From: Eledone cirrhosa
Lineage: Eukaryota
Length of the DNA stretch: 64,000 nucleotides
Assembly (NCBI GenBank): GCA_964016885.1
Contig: OZ024743.1
Span: 124,434,001 to 124,498,000, forward strand
Reading direction: 5' to 3'
The notes under the pieces are model-generated. The model was not told where the DNA came from. It did not search any database and saw nothing but the letters and a program-made list of their open reading frames with translations. Position 1 is the first letter of the stretch; the number at the start of each line of letters is the position of its first letter. Below, in pieces: positions 33,794 through 47,245 of the stretch. Made by a program: the position numbers and the translations under genes.

Positions 33794-35290
33794 GGGGTGG
33801 GGTAAATGATGCTACAGAGGTCCGATGGGCTGCATCGGGGTAGGCGAAAGGGGAAAAGCAGACGAGGAAGAAAATAGGGGATGGAAGGAAGTGATAGGAT
33901 GAGACAGGGGGAAGAAGAAGACATAGAGGAAAAGAAAAGAGATACATCTACCTATGTAAACTGGGGTTTCTCCTAAATTAATCGGCAAGTGGGTGGGGGT
34001 GGGGGGTATCAACCCTTGTCTACCCACCCGGGTCGTTATGGGGTTTGAGGGCGAGGTACAACCAGGCCCTCAAGCGGAGTGGCTTCCGGGAGGAAATATC
34101 CTTTTATCCAGCTTCCCTTAGCGGAACCAGCAGGCGACACCGCCGCTCACGCAACGTTATGTGGTTCAATCCTCCCCATAATGCCGAGGTGGCAACACCT
34201 ATCGGAAAATTCTTCTTTAGGCTCCTCGAAAAACACTTCTCACTACAACACCGCTACCACAACATAATCAACAAAAACACCATCAAACTCTCCTACAGCA
34301 CCACACCTAACTTCGACAAAACATTGTCTCCTCAAACAACAAAAAACTCAACCGCTTGAGGGCCTGGTTGTACCTCGCCCTCAAACCCCATAACGACCCG
34401 GGTGGGTAGACAAGGGCTGATACCTACCCCCATTTGCCGATTAAGTTAAGGAAAACCCCGGCTTACATAGGTAGATGTATCTCTTTTCTTTTCCTCTATG
34501 TCTTCTTCCCCCTGTCTCATCCTATCCCTTCCTTCCACCCCCTATTTTCTTCCTCGTCTGCTTTTCCCCTTTCGCCTACCATGATGCAGCCCATCGGGCC
34601 TCTGTAGCATCATTTATCCCACCCCTGTAATTTTCAGATAGAATTGGCTGAATACGTTTTACTAACTACTTATAGCACATGTGTTAGACCCCTTTAATTT
34701 TTTATCAGTTTTGTTACTACTCCATTTCTACAATTTTTTTTTTCTATTCTCAACTTATTAACCTGTAATTGTAAGATAGCATTGTGATTTTTTTTATTCA
34801 TTTCCCACTATCTAATTTTATATATTTTTTATTTCTTTCTATTATCTTTTATTGTCTCCTACTCTCATTTGAATTACCTATTCTATAACCTCCCTCCTCC
34901 ATTTCATACTCTATCCTTAGAATCTGCTGTATACATATCACTTTCAACGCTTGACCGGCTCCACTCACTCCGCTATTGTTCTACAGGCAAGTTCAGCCAC
35001 CCCTACCTCCCACCAAATGCCATGATAGACTTATTTGTGTTTACAACAAATTTTAACCAATCCTCTTGACAACTACAATCTTCCCATATAAGGAAGTACC
35101 CCTTGACAAGTTCGGCTATTTATTCACCAGGCTAAACATTCTAATTTAGTCCAGAAATAGCCGTCGAAACGGCTTGAGCTCTGGTGTCGGGGTCATACTT
35201 TTTCATATTTCCCACTCTACTACCCTAAGTATTGAGTACTCTGGTGCGTTATGGTCCATCTGGTTCCTTACCACAATTCCCCTTCGTTAT
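33794..35290 (+). mobile_element. Rearranged PLE: inverted UTR copy, ORF fragment (34053-34350), 3' UTR and hammerhead
   Basis: RYNQALKRSGF...RNVMWFNPPH...KLSYSTTPN homologous to the 25432 ORF; inverted arms 33794-34078 / 34353-34627. Confidence 0.85.
35094..35200 (+). ncRNA. Hammerhead with U3-A8 core and extended stem III
   Basis: AAGTACCCC-TTGACAA-gttCGGCTATTT...AAATAGCCGtc-GAAA-CGGC...-GTC-GGGGtcaTACTT; sibling fragments have perfect CGGCT/AGCCG stem III. Confidence 0.75.
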
Positions 35291-37404
35291 ATATATATAT
35301 AACAGACCCGTATTAAGCAATTTAGTGCTTTTGTACGATAAACCAGCAATAAAACAGCTCCACAGTAACTTTATGCATATAAACCGAGGCCATCCAATTT
35401 TAGTTCATAAAACCGCGATATTTAATCACTGAGAGTACAGAACGACTCAACAGGTAGTCGTTGTTATGACAACGGGCCTGTGTGAATTAAACAAAAGAGA
35501 AGAATGGCCGTCGTCAAATATATCACAAATAATATATAGAACTAGTGAACCCTGAGGTTAAACTGATGCAGAGTATATCTCTACGGATTTTGGTAGTGGG
35601 ACGGCAAAAATTGAACAAACTCATAAGGGCAATCAACAATAGTTCAATATGATCAGTGACTTAATGATCATCGAATCATCCATTAACGCTATCAATGTAA
35701 TTTGTCTTGCTGCTTTGAATACTTGAATTTTTCAATACGTTAACACGTATGTGTATATGTGTGTGCGTGTGCGTATATGTGTTATGTCCTTATGGACAAA
35801 CGAATACACTGCAACAGTGTAATAACAATATAATCGAAACAAATGGCAATAACCACATGGAACGGAACAGCAATCTTTTAAGAACCAACAATCTAACACG
35901 CTAACTAGAACTGTGAAATTTGAACTCCAACTTCGATTATCAACACATGAACTGTGGAACTAGTACAACTTTGACTATCAACATACGAACTGTAGAACTA
36001 GTACCAACTTACCTACTTACTCAGGCTGCTACTATTTATATGTAGTGGTCCAGCCCATTCTCACCAGGGGGCGTCGTACTCTCACACAACAATGTGCATA
36101 TGCATACATTTATATATATGAGTATATAAATATAAACGCACAAAAACAGACACACTTACAAAAATACACACTCACAAACATACATTCACACAAATACACA
36201 TACATTCACAGAAACACACACATAGATTCACACAGACATACACACACACACATACACTCACACACAGCGTAGAAAATGGAACGCCGGCCGCTGTTTTGCT
36301 GTAGTTTTTTCACTATCCCCATCCTTCCTTTTACACACACATAAATTCACAGACAGACAGACAGACAGACAGACACACACTCACACAATTATGTGACGGA
36401 TGGAAGTCACTCAAATTTATATATAGACTATTGTTGATTAAATTCTGACCATGTTTTCTCTTGAGTATTGTTATTCATCTCTTTTACTCTGTGGCTTTTT
36501 GTTGTTGGTATTGAGACAATTGTGCAGATTCGCTTAACTAAGTGGAATATTAGTACAAATGTAAATTAGATGATGTAAAAAGAAAGTACTGTTGGGAGTC
36601 AGTCACTAAGTTTGAAATATATGTAACTTTCTAGTTTTCTTTTTTTTTGTTATTAGTATATCTAAAACGGGAAGTTTTTCGTCAATGAAGTTCATAGCAA
36701 ATTTAATGTTAGGGTTAATATTGTTGATGGGGTTTTGAAAGTGTTTTAATTTGTCAAGATTTCACCTCAACAAAGTAAAACATGTATCTTCTACAGTTTT
36801 CTATATATAGCAGCTGAATTCATTTCGACAAATTTGTAGATTTTTAATCAGGTGATGTGTGTCTTGTAAATTGGGCCTGCTATAATGGGTTGTAGTTTTA
36901 AATTGATTTGGTGTGTGTGTAAATGATAGTTCAAATGGCCATCTTTGTCACACACTTGGATTGTGCAGTGAGTAGATGGGTCAACTGGAAGACTCAACGT
37001 CAAAACCAACGGAAATGTGTAAGTGCTTGCGTGCGTGTATGTGCGTGGGGGCAGTATAGCTGAATGGTTAAGAAGTTTACTTCACAATCATTAAGTCCCG
37101 GGTTCAATCCCACTTCGTGGCATCATGAGCAGATGTCATTTACTATAGCTTCGGATCAACCCCTGCCTTGTGACTAAAATAGGATAGGCGGAAACTGTTT
37201 AAAAGCCTGTTGGATGGACTGTACCAATAATTTAAAGGGCCAGCCTTGTTACATCCTGTGTCCCGCTGAATCTTCTCGAGAATTACATTAAGGAATTGTT
37301 TGTAGAATACTCGGCTACTTACATGTTAATTTCACTTATACGCTAAATTCTTCATGAGAATTGCGTTAAGGATGAACATTTCTGTGAAATGCTCAGCTAT
37401 TTTA

Positions 37405-38010
37405 TCTATTACTAGCAGTAAAGCCCGGCGTTGCTCGGGGTCGCTCAGTAGCTGTGTTAAAGTTACAATGTTAAGTTTCTTTTTTGGCTTAAAAACTGTA
37501 GTGTCTACTGTGCAGACTTGCATGTGGTGTTTTTGATTAATATTCCCTCAACCAACAATATGCCTTATGAAGTTAAGAAAACATAACGATAACCCGAATG
37601 TTATAACAAAAGAGGATGCTGGGGATAAAAACTGCACTGGTTATTTATTAACAAAGATCGAAAATGTAAACACTGCAACGCAGAGAAAAACATTAGCGTA
37701 ACCAAATTATCAGTTATTGTATTAATGTCATTTTAAACGCTGAGAAAGCCAGCGTAATTTTTTACGTAAGACGCTCAATGTAAACAGAACAAAGGGAAAT
37801 AACTGATAACTTACGCTCAAAAATCGATACATTATATTCGATTTCGTCACATAGGGTGGGTCAATTTGAAATTTTTTTTTTCCGATCTCTTCGCTAGGGC
37901 TCAATGTACAAGTATAGCAATTTCGGTGCAATTCCGTGAGAGATTCTAAGAGGAGATGTGTGCCAAAAATCGATAGACAGACAGACAACCACAGTTTTAT
38001 ATATATAGAT
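37405..38010 (+). mobile_element. Helentron/HINE-like non-autonomous element
   Basis: Starts ACTAGCAGTAAAGCCCGGCGTTGCTCGGG, ends (GACA)n...TTTTATATATATAGAT; similar end at about 36350-36430. Family call is from recalled structure. Confidence 0.55.
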
Positions 38011-38133
38011 TTCACGCTCGTATTATATTCGTTTTTTCCCGTTCTTTACCAGGGAACGTTTCCACGAACCAAAGTATCGTCTTCCTGTGTTCCTCCGGTT
38101 GCAACGTTTTTTGAAATATACACTTTTGCGTTT

Positions 38134-38209
38134 ACAGATTGACTTTGTTAGTTTCAGAAGATCCCGTTAAGGGTGAAAGCAGCGATTCTTTGCTTAAACT
38201 TTAATCTGT
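38134..38209 (+). ncRNA. Hammerhead with CAGAAGA (U4>A) core; partial second copy at 10304-10352
   Basis: AGTTT-CAGAAGA-tCCC gttaa GGGt-GAAA-GCA...TGC-TT-AAACT plus distal ACAGATTGA/TTAATCTGT. Confidence 0.65.
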
Positions 38210-38211
38210 TA

Positions 38212-38247
<36 letters not shown>

Positions 38248-38250
<3 letters not shown>

Positions 38251-38400
38251 CGGTTGTTTGCTCAACACAAAGCTTGACCACCTCATGTACATGGAGCTCA
38301 ATTCTGGCATGAAAACCCATGTGGCTTTTTAGACCAGACATACGTTTAAATTGTCGTCCGCATAAATTGCACCTTAGTTTAGGTGTAACTTCAGTGTGTG
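38248..38400 (-). pseudogene. LINE 3' remnant with C2H2 finger (RTE/BovB-like)
   Basis: CNLCGRQFKRMSGLKSHMGFH, ending at a TA tract. Confidence 0.5.
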
Positions 38401-38611
38401 TGTGTCCATTTAAACCTCTGAAAATCCCATTAAGACCTTTACTTTCATGAAGTGGAATAAACGGAAGATAAACATTCGACTGGCTTAGACAAGAATCTTT
38501 CCCTAAATAATTTACCCAGATATGGCTGTCTATTTCTGACATTTAACTGTCGGACAAGCGATCGAAGAATTAATTAGGTGCAAATTGTAAAATGTCTAAA
38601 ACGCACGCACA

Positions 38612-38714
<103 letters not shown>

Positions 38715-41207
38715 GCATTTCATACACATTACACATTCACACATACATACATATACACACACATAGACATATACACACATGTATACACCCATGCAGACAT
38801 GCACATACACTGCGCCCATTCACACATATTCATTTGCATTCATATATTAAAGACCGACTCATATACGTACTCCTGCTAACGAACGTACTCAGAAACACAT
38901 AGTAAAAACCCTACCTATCATTCGTTTCTGCCTTTCCGTTCTCTCTTCATATAATGTTGAATTAACACCGAGAACTTAGTTCTATTTCCGTACACAATTT
39001 GTCCGTATACAACAGATACAGAAACATCTATGTGGCCACTTGACCTGCAAGAAATAGCAGTCAAATATTCATCATATAATGTGGTTCTGGTGCACTATAT
39101 CTAAAAGGTGATCTTCCGACATAAATATATAAAATGGCTGACAATAAAATTATATGAAAGGAACTAATTTTTCAGTTTCATTATATTGGTGAATTTTATC
39201 GTAAGATCGCTCAATCAGATCTGATCTAGGTCAAACAACAACAACACGTTTATGAGTGTCTACAGTATTTATAGAATATTTTCTGATCATTAAATGTTGT
39301 ATAAAACAATAGATTCTCACATCACGACGACAAAAATGAAAGCATTATTTTCTTGTAAATCCCTTAGTTGTTTCATACATAAAAGGAGACGTGAAATGCA
39401 ATATTTAATTAAGTAGAAAGGCAGAGGACATTACGTGCACTCAGATTCGTTTTTGTTGTCATTCATGATTAACGAGTTCGAAAGAAACAGCTACGTTATT
39501 ATAATAGATATGAGGTGTGCTAAACTTAATACAACACCGTCCTTCAGAAGTTAGAACTGTCTCTCAAGCCTATTACTCAATTAATATAAATCAATATAAA
39601 ATTATATGAAATGCTTGATCGTTAAGTTAAATGAATGAGGCGAAAGCCGGAATTATTATATCAAAGCATGTAATTCGTTCGATGATCGACTTTGCCTTTT
39701 AAATTAGCAAGATCTATACAGAGCCGGCGTCTGTACATTTGGAGACTATCTCCCTGTTATGCGCCTCATTCTTCCAAATAAAATGATTTTAAAACATAGT
39801 TTGGTCAGCTGACGAACCTGCTCTGGCTATACAAAGAAAATTTCCAAGTCTGCATTTTCCACTACACAATCCACAACCACCTACGCTAAATCATGTGACA
39901 GGTCATAACATCAAATGACCTTCTCTACTGCTTTACCTATTTTCACAACACTGCTATGCGGCAAAGACGTTTAGCGATTTATTTACTTAATAGTAGGGCT
40001 GACCCTAGTTCTATAAAAACTACCAGAGGAGATGGAGTAATGAGTGACACTGTTAGCTTTCAAGAAAACTCTCACCACCCAGTGCTGTAGTTACGACGAG
40101 GCGAGTAAAGATCGCTTCTAAAAAAGCCTAGACTTCGCGGATCAGAGAAAAGTACCAGATTGGTGACTGGCGCGAATGAGACCACAAAAACACTACAATA
40201 TGGCTAAATACAATAAAGACAGTGTTATGAGCATTATATAAAATTTGTTGTATGAAAATTTGTGAAGTAAAAATGACAGTTAATTGTTGGGCTAGAAGTA
40301 GATACCCTTCATGTTACAATTAAATATAGATCTCTTCCATGGCTTAGTTAAATGAAGGCTTAGAAGCAGCCTCTTCTGTCGTTCTGATGTATTCCATGTT
40401 CCAACTGAATGTAAACCTTTCCCATGATCAAGTTAAATGCTGGTCTATAATCCGCGGAACAAAATATTAAGGTTGAACCTTTGATGTAGTAGTGTAACTC
40501 CATGCGACAGGTTTTCACATAATTTCCGTCCGCCTAATTTCAATCACAATGCTTGGTTCGACTCGAAGCTAGAATATAGGGGAATTGACCAAAATGCTTC
40601 AAAATGGAATTGAACCCTGGACCCTGTGATTGTGAAGCAAATTTTTTAACTATTCAACCAGGCTGCGACTACTATATCGACACAACAAGCAGTGATACTA
40701 ACATCGCATCTCCCAGTGCCATTGATAACATGACTGTTAAGCCCCAGCGCAGCGTTGACTGAACAAGAACTAAAGTTAAAAAAATTCTAACTATGACCAT
40801 TCCATTTATTTTAAATATAGTTTTTCTTAGACTACATCATCCAATATGTCCTTCCATTCTGAAAGACTTGGCTGTTATTTTATTATGTCTTATGACTGTC
40901 TATTTTATTATGTCTTATGACTCAGAATAATTACGCCACCCAACAAATTTATGGGTCTTGATTTATAATGTCTTATGACTGTGTATTTTATTATGTCTTA
41001 TAACTCAGAATAACTACGCCACCCAACAAATTTATGGGTCTTGAGGTATCCTTATTACTACATATAATATGCAAAATATGAATATATACATATATGGTAA
41101 ACCCTTTCGGAATAACCCGTCTTGGGTTCGATTAGAAATTCCTGCCCTCTTTTTTATTTTTTTCGTGTGTTCTCAACGAATCTGACTTGCAAACGCATCA
41201 GAAATTA

Positions 41208-41381
41208 CCGTATTTCCCGGCGTCGAAGACCCTACTTTTTTCCCTAAAATAAGTCTAAAAAATCTACCATGCGTCCTGTAGGCCGAAGGTTATTTATTAT
41301 TTTTTTTTTCTTCAAATTTTTGGTTGTGAAAATTAGGATGCGTCCTTGAGGACGAAGCGTCTTCGGCACCGAGAAATACGG
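41208..41381. mobile_element. Tc1/pogo-type MITE
   Basis: TA-CCGTATTTCCCGG...CCGAGAAATACGG-TA. Confidence 0.75.
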
Positions 41382-41606
41382 TACTTGTTGTTCAGATATA
41401 GGAGGGGGAATAATATTTTTAAAAGCATTAAAAAAAATTCAAATCCCCTTATTTGTCATAAAATGAAATTGATTTCAAATTGAATAAACGAGTTAATAAC
41501 ACTTTTCTGGCGTAGGGTTGAGGTTGAATTTAGAGTTAGAGTTAAGAAAAAATCGACTGCTTTCCACTCCAAATATGAGATGGGTGTTTATGTAAAAACT
41601 TACCAT

Positions 41607-41637
<31 letters not shown>

Positions 41638-41925
41638 AATGTGTGTATGTGTGTGCGTATGTATGTATGTATGTATGTATGTATGTATGTATGTATGTAT
41701 GTATGTATGTATGTATGTATGTGTGTGTGTGTGTGTTAGGTTTAGGGTATATTTTATATATATAATATACCCTAAACCTAACACACACAGTCGCCCCTCT
41801 CTCTCTCATATATATATAAGACATGTACATGAAGGCATATACATATATGATATGTTTGTTGTGTATAATAAACATAGATTAGTTTTGCTAGAACTGTTTT
41901 AAGGTGTGATAGATATATTAAAGTG

Positions 41926-41994
<69 letters not shown>

Positions 41995-42166
41995 TACATA
42001 CATATTAGTGACAGTGAAAAATATAGGAAGAAGTAACAAGAGGAAATAGTATTAGTAGGATAACGTTCAAAGTTCGGTGAAAATCAACAGAAACGCCGGC
42101 ATATTTGAAAAGAATTTGGGGCGCGATTAAGATCAAAAGCAGACACCTATACGTATTTACATTCAA

Positions 42167-42226
<60 letters not shown>

Positions 42227-42295
42227 AAAAAGGGATGAAATCGAAAATGCAACTGAAGTCTTATTTTTAAAAAAAATATATATATTTATTTGGTT

Positions 42296-42333
42296 CCTTT
42301 ACCGGTTTCGCAGTTCTTCTGCTTTTCAAAAGG
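42296..42333 (-). ncRNA. Minimal hammerhead with U3-A8 core
   Basis: CCTT-TTGAAAA-GCAG aagaa CTGC-GAAA-CCGG-TA-AAGG, in a 150-bp TA-flanked copy of 13036-13186. Confidence 0.72.
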
Positions 42334-42396
42334 TGAGTTGAGATGGAGGGTCTGTGGTTTTTCTCACATCTCACATATATTTCTCACATATATATA

Positions 42397-42431
<35 letters not shown>

Positions 42432-42437
<6 letters not shown>

Positions 42438-42665
42438 GACAGGGGGAAGAAAAAATGGCTTCACTTGTGCTTTCAACAAATTTATTTCCTTCACAAAATC
42501 CAAAAAGAATTTTTCTTAAAAAAAATTATTTTATAAATTAAGTAACCAACAACTTAATTTATAAAATAATTTTTTTTAAGAAAAATTCTTTTTGGATTTT
42601 GTGAAGAAAATAAATTTGTTGAAAGCACAAGTGAAGCCATTTTTTCTTCCCCCCTGTCTTAATAT
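42432..42665. repeat. Fold-back inverted repeat, ~104-bp arms
   Basis: 42432-42535 / 42558-42665 are reverse complements. Confidence 0.88.
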
Positions 42666-43149
42666 ACCTAACTGTACCAAGGATTACACACATTTTCCAA
42701 TATATATATATATATACACACACTTGCATACACATACCCATCTACATGTATACCTACAAACACAGACAGGCAAAAAAAAAAAAATAAACTCACAGATATA
42801 CATATGTATACTTTCGTTTATACACCAAAAAGGAAGAGGATGGGGGGGGGGGGGATATTAGTAGTTTCTATTATATGTCTTATGATAGAAAATATCGAGG
42901 ACAGATATCCATTAATACCCATGAGCGAGGAGGAAGTACTTAGAATAAAACTGAGGTGTTTTTCTTTTTGTTTACGATTGAAGGTCACGTTGTGATGCAA
43001 ATTGACTCGACAAACGAAGAGGTGATTCAATGAGTGACCTAGTGAATTGAAATGTCAAGCTACAGGTTTTACAAGTGTTTGGATGCGACTGAGTACGTTG
43101 TGTGGGCGCCGGCAGATTCGGTTCATTAAATCCATGTATAAGTGATAAG

Positions 43150-43934
43150 CGATTCAATAAATAAAGTTCAAGGAGGTATAATCAAATATGCGTATATATC
43201 CATGCGCACCCACGCGTGTTTAATGTGTGTGTATGTACGTATGTATGTATAAAATGTGTGTGTATGTATGTATAAAATGTGTGTATGTACGTATGTATGT
43301 ATAAAATGTGTATGGATGTATGTATAAAATGTGTGTATGTACGTATGTATGTATAAAATGTGTGTGTATGTATGTATAAAATGTGTGTGTATGTACTATG
43401 TATGTATAAAATGTGTGTATGTACGTATGTATGTATAAAATGTGTATGTATGTATAAAATGTGTGTGTATGAATGTATAAAATGTGTGTGTATGTATGTA
43501 TACAATCAGAAATGAAGTGACATTATTTAGGGTGGATTGGCAGTATCGGTAGAGGGTCCGACGCCATGCTTTGCAGTAAAGAGTTACGGCCCTTTATGGT
43601 CTGAGTTCAAATCCCGCCGAGGTTAACTTTGCCTTTCATCCTTACGGGGTCGATAAAATTAAGTACCAGTAATGCACTGGGATAATTGCTGGCCTTGTGC
43701 CAAAAGTAGAAATAATTATTTACGATTTTATACATACATTTTATACATACATTCATACACACATTTTATACAAACATTCATACACACACATTTTATACAT
43801 ACATACGTACATACATTTTATACATACATACACACATTTTATACATACATACACACACATACACACACGCGCGGGTGCGCATGGATATATACACATATTT
43901 GATTATACCTCCTTGAACCTTATTTATTGAATCG
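43150..43934. repeat. Inverted repeat with mirrored GTATGTATAAAATGT minisatellites around a SINE A copy (43530-43720)
   Basis: 43150-43218 matches the reverse complement of 43865-43934. Confidence 0.85.
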
Positions 43935-43936
43935 TG

Positions 43937-44321
43937 AATTGGCAGTATCGGTAGAGGGTTGGACGCCATGCTTTCTAGCAGAGTTACGTCCCTTTACAGT
44001 CTGAGTTCAAATCCCGCCGAGGTTAACTTTGCCTTTCATCCTTACGGAGTAGATAAAATAAAGTACCAGTAATGTACTGGGTATTTGCTGGCCTTGTGCC
44101 AAAAGTAGAAACAATTATTTAGGTTAACTTTGCCTTTCATCCTTACGGGGTAGATAAAATAAAGTACCAGTAATGTACTGGGTATTTGCTGGCCTTGTGC
44201 CAAAAGTAGAAACAATTATTTAGGTTAACTTTGCCTTTCATCCTTACGGGGTAGATAAAATAAAGTACCAGTAATGTACTGGGTATTTGCTGGCCTTGTG
44301 CCAAAAGTAGAAATAATTATT
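43937..44321 (+). mobile_element. SINE family A with its 3' 100 bp tandemly triplicated
   Basis: Near-identical units with 100-bp period. Confidence 0.9.
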
Positions 44322-44397
44322 TCCGTTCCTACCTATGATTCAGCGAACCACACCATTAACTAGAGTGTTTATTCCCGTGAATATAGACGTGTAATAT

Positions 44398-44810
44398 GTG
44401 TGAGTGAGTGAGTGAGTGAGTGCGTGAGTGAGTGCGTGGGTGAGTGAGTGCGTGCGTGTGTGCGTGAGTGAGTGAGTGAGTGAGTGAGTGAGTGGTGAGG
44501 GAGTGAGTGGGTGGTGAGGGAGTGAGTGGGTGGTGAGGGAGTGAGTGGGTGGTGAGTGAGTGAGTGGGTGGTGAGGGAGTGAGTGAGTGAGTGAGTGAGT
44601 GAGTGAGTGAGTAAGTGAGTGCGTGCGTGCGTGCGTGAGTGAGTGAGTGAGTGAGTGAGTGGTGAGGGAGTGAGTGAATGAGTGAGTGAGTGAGTGAGTG
44701 AGTGGTGAGTGAGTGAGTGGGTGGTGAGGGAGTGAGTGAGTGAGTGGTGAGTGAGTGAGTGAATGAGTGGTGAGGGAGTGAGTGGGTGGTGAGGGAGTGA
44801 GTGAGTGGGA
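44398..44810. repeat. (GAGT)n/(GGT) microsatellite
   Basis: Direct reading. Confidence 0.9.
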
Positions 44811-45991
44811 ATGTATGTGTATATCTTTAATCTATATATGTTGTCGACAAAAAAGAGAAGCACCAATGCTTTACGAGAAAATTAACCTTGAGATATCTGC
44901 TGGGAATGGCGGAGACACTGGCTTGTCTCACATGTTATCAAAAGTGCAGTCAACCAGTAATTGGTCCACTGTAAATCAGTAACAAACTGCGATTTAAAAT
45001 ATCATAACATAAAGGCGTGACTGATTTGACCATCACGATATTCTATACAAAGATCGACTGAAAAGTTCATAGGCTAACTATGGAGGAGTGATTGATGCTA
45101 GAGCTATGAAATTTGGCAGCAGCCATAGTAGCGTCACCGTCATGAAGGGATTTAGTCACCCTCATTGACCTCTGTTTGTGATGTTTTTCAAGTCAGACAT
45201 GTATATATATATTATGGTATTCTTCATAACACTGATTTCATGTGTGAGCATTTGTTGGTTTGTTGGCGTAGAGTGACTGAAAATACAAAACTTCCTCTGG
45301 TCAGGACGCTAGACCATCACAGAGTTTACCTCCAGCTGCTGCTGTTAGTGGTACCCATTTCCTAGCTCTTGCCAACTCGTCCCCTTCCCGATGGTTTTCT
45401 TCATTCTTTTTCTCCTTCACTTTTTTCTCTGAATTTTTCTTTTCTATATTTCCCTATTCTCTCTTTCCTTTTGTTTCCCCTTCTTTTTTATTACTTCTAT
45501 ATTAAAGATAAACATGAATTGTCAGGAGCAATGCGAAATGAAGCGTCTTGCTCAAGAACATAATGCGCCACTCCGCTTAGGAATCGAACCCACGACATTA
45601 TAATCGTAAATCCAACACCCCCAACCACTTGGTCATGCCTGGCTTAATAATTAGGGTGTCCAGCTCACAAGCGTAAGGTCGTGAGTTCGATTCCCGGTGA
45701 TGATACTTGAGCAAGGCATCATTTATTTCATGTTTCAATTCACTCAGTTGGCAAAAATGTGTTGTATATGTAATTCAAAGGTACAGTCTTGTCCCACATT
45801 GTGTCACGCTACACGCGTCTGTGGAATGCACATGTATATTAATTTCACGTGGAGACTTTTCTGTTGATCGTATCAACCGGAACAATCGTTGCCGGAACTG
45901 ATTGAGGGCCAACACACACACATACATACACACACAAAGACACACATGCATATATATGTGTGTGTGTGAATATAGAATTGCATACATACAT

Positions 45992-46097
<106 letters not shown>

Positions 46098-46454
46098 ACA
46101 AACACAACCACACACACACACATATATATATATCCAGGGAGTGTAACGTGATATTACTGTAGGTTGACCCAGGTGAGCACTCGAAGTTTAGGTTCACGTC
46201 AGTGGTGAGGTGTAGAGCTAGACAGAGTGTAATATAATACAAGGAGGGTTTGTTAAGCCTTCATTACGTTTATTGATTGGTGACGCGCGTTTCGCTATAG
46301 ATCAGCTCAATTACAGAATGTCATTTCATCAGCGGAGGTCCGTCGAACTTTTGATTCCAGAGTCATACTTGTTCCTATTACCCACTCTACTACCCTAAGT
46401 ATTGAGTACTTTGGTGCGTTATCGTCCATCTGGTTCCTTACCACAATTCCTTCG

Positions 46455-46494
<40 letters not shown>

Positions 46495-46583
46495 AGAGAG
46501 AGGGAGAGAGAGACTTCCTCCGAGCGTGAACCTAATATGACTTTCTAATTTTGCATCGCTGTGCTGGTTTTGTTTCATTTATC

Positions 46584-46644
<61 letters not shown>

Positions 46645-46725
46645 AATGGAATAGAATGAAACGAAATTTCATTTCTCACTCTTAGTACGGCACTTACTTA
46701 AATGTAAGTATGTATGTATGTATGT

Positions 46726-47214
46726 TTTCTCTTTCTCTTAATTTTGAGTATATTTTTTTGACCGGCCACCTTCCTGGTGGCAAGGTTGTAAAAGAAAAGA
46801 AATTGTCATCCCTTGAATCGCAAGAATGTTTTGCAAATTTTGAAGGTGCCAGCTATCGCAGCCATTTGTAGACTATGAATTAGGGAGCTGCGCTTTTTGT
46901 CCGCAAACCCAAGTTCAGTCATACTTTGGTCCAAGCGGGTTGGTATATAACCCGTAGCTCCAATAATGATGGGTATGAAGCTAAAGGTGTATCTTGGATA
47001 CTGGATTTGTAAACTCCTCATCAATGGTCCGTAGATGTCCTCCTTCTCCTGTATTTTTCTGACAACGTTTACATCAAGTGGGCAGCTGATCTCCACAACA
47101 GAACACGTTTTCAATGTGTGGTCCCAAACTACAATATCAGGCCGGTTGTGCTTTAATCTGGTGGCAGTTTTTATTTTCAGGTTCCACCAGTATTCCTTAG
47201 TGCCATCTGTCTCA

Positions 47215-47216
<2 letters not shown>
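46726..47216 (-). pseudogene. 3' end of R4/Dong-type non-LTR element (restriction-like endonuclease)
   Basis: HNRPDIVVWD...VVEISCP...K.EK..Y..L motif; (TATG)n on both sides; short 3' copy at 62570-62690. Confidence 0.88.

Positions 47217-47245
<29 letters not shown>

Noticed and set aside
40877-41043. Tandem repeats resembling a CRISPR-like array
   Set aside because: Simple ~83-bp local duplication with no unique spacers; eukaryotic context
41735-41750. Telomeric TTAGGG-like motif
   Set aside because: Single unit inside a small palindrome; not an array
42595-42640. GTGAAGA-hairpin-GAAA in fold-back arm
   Set aside because: No 3-8 pair and no valid NUH or stem I
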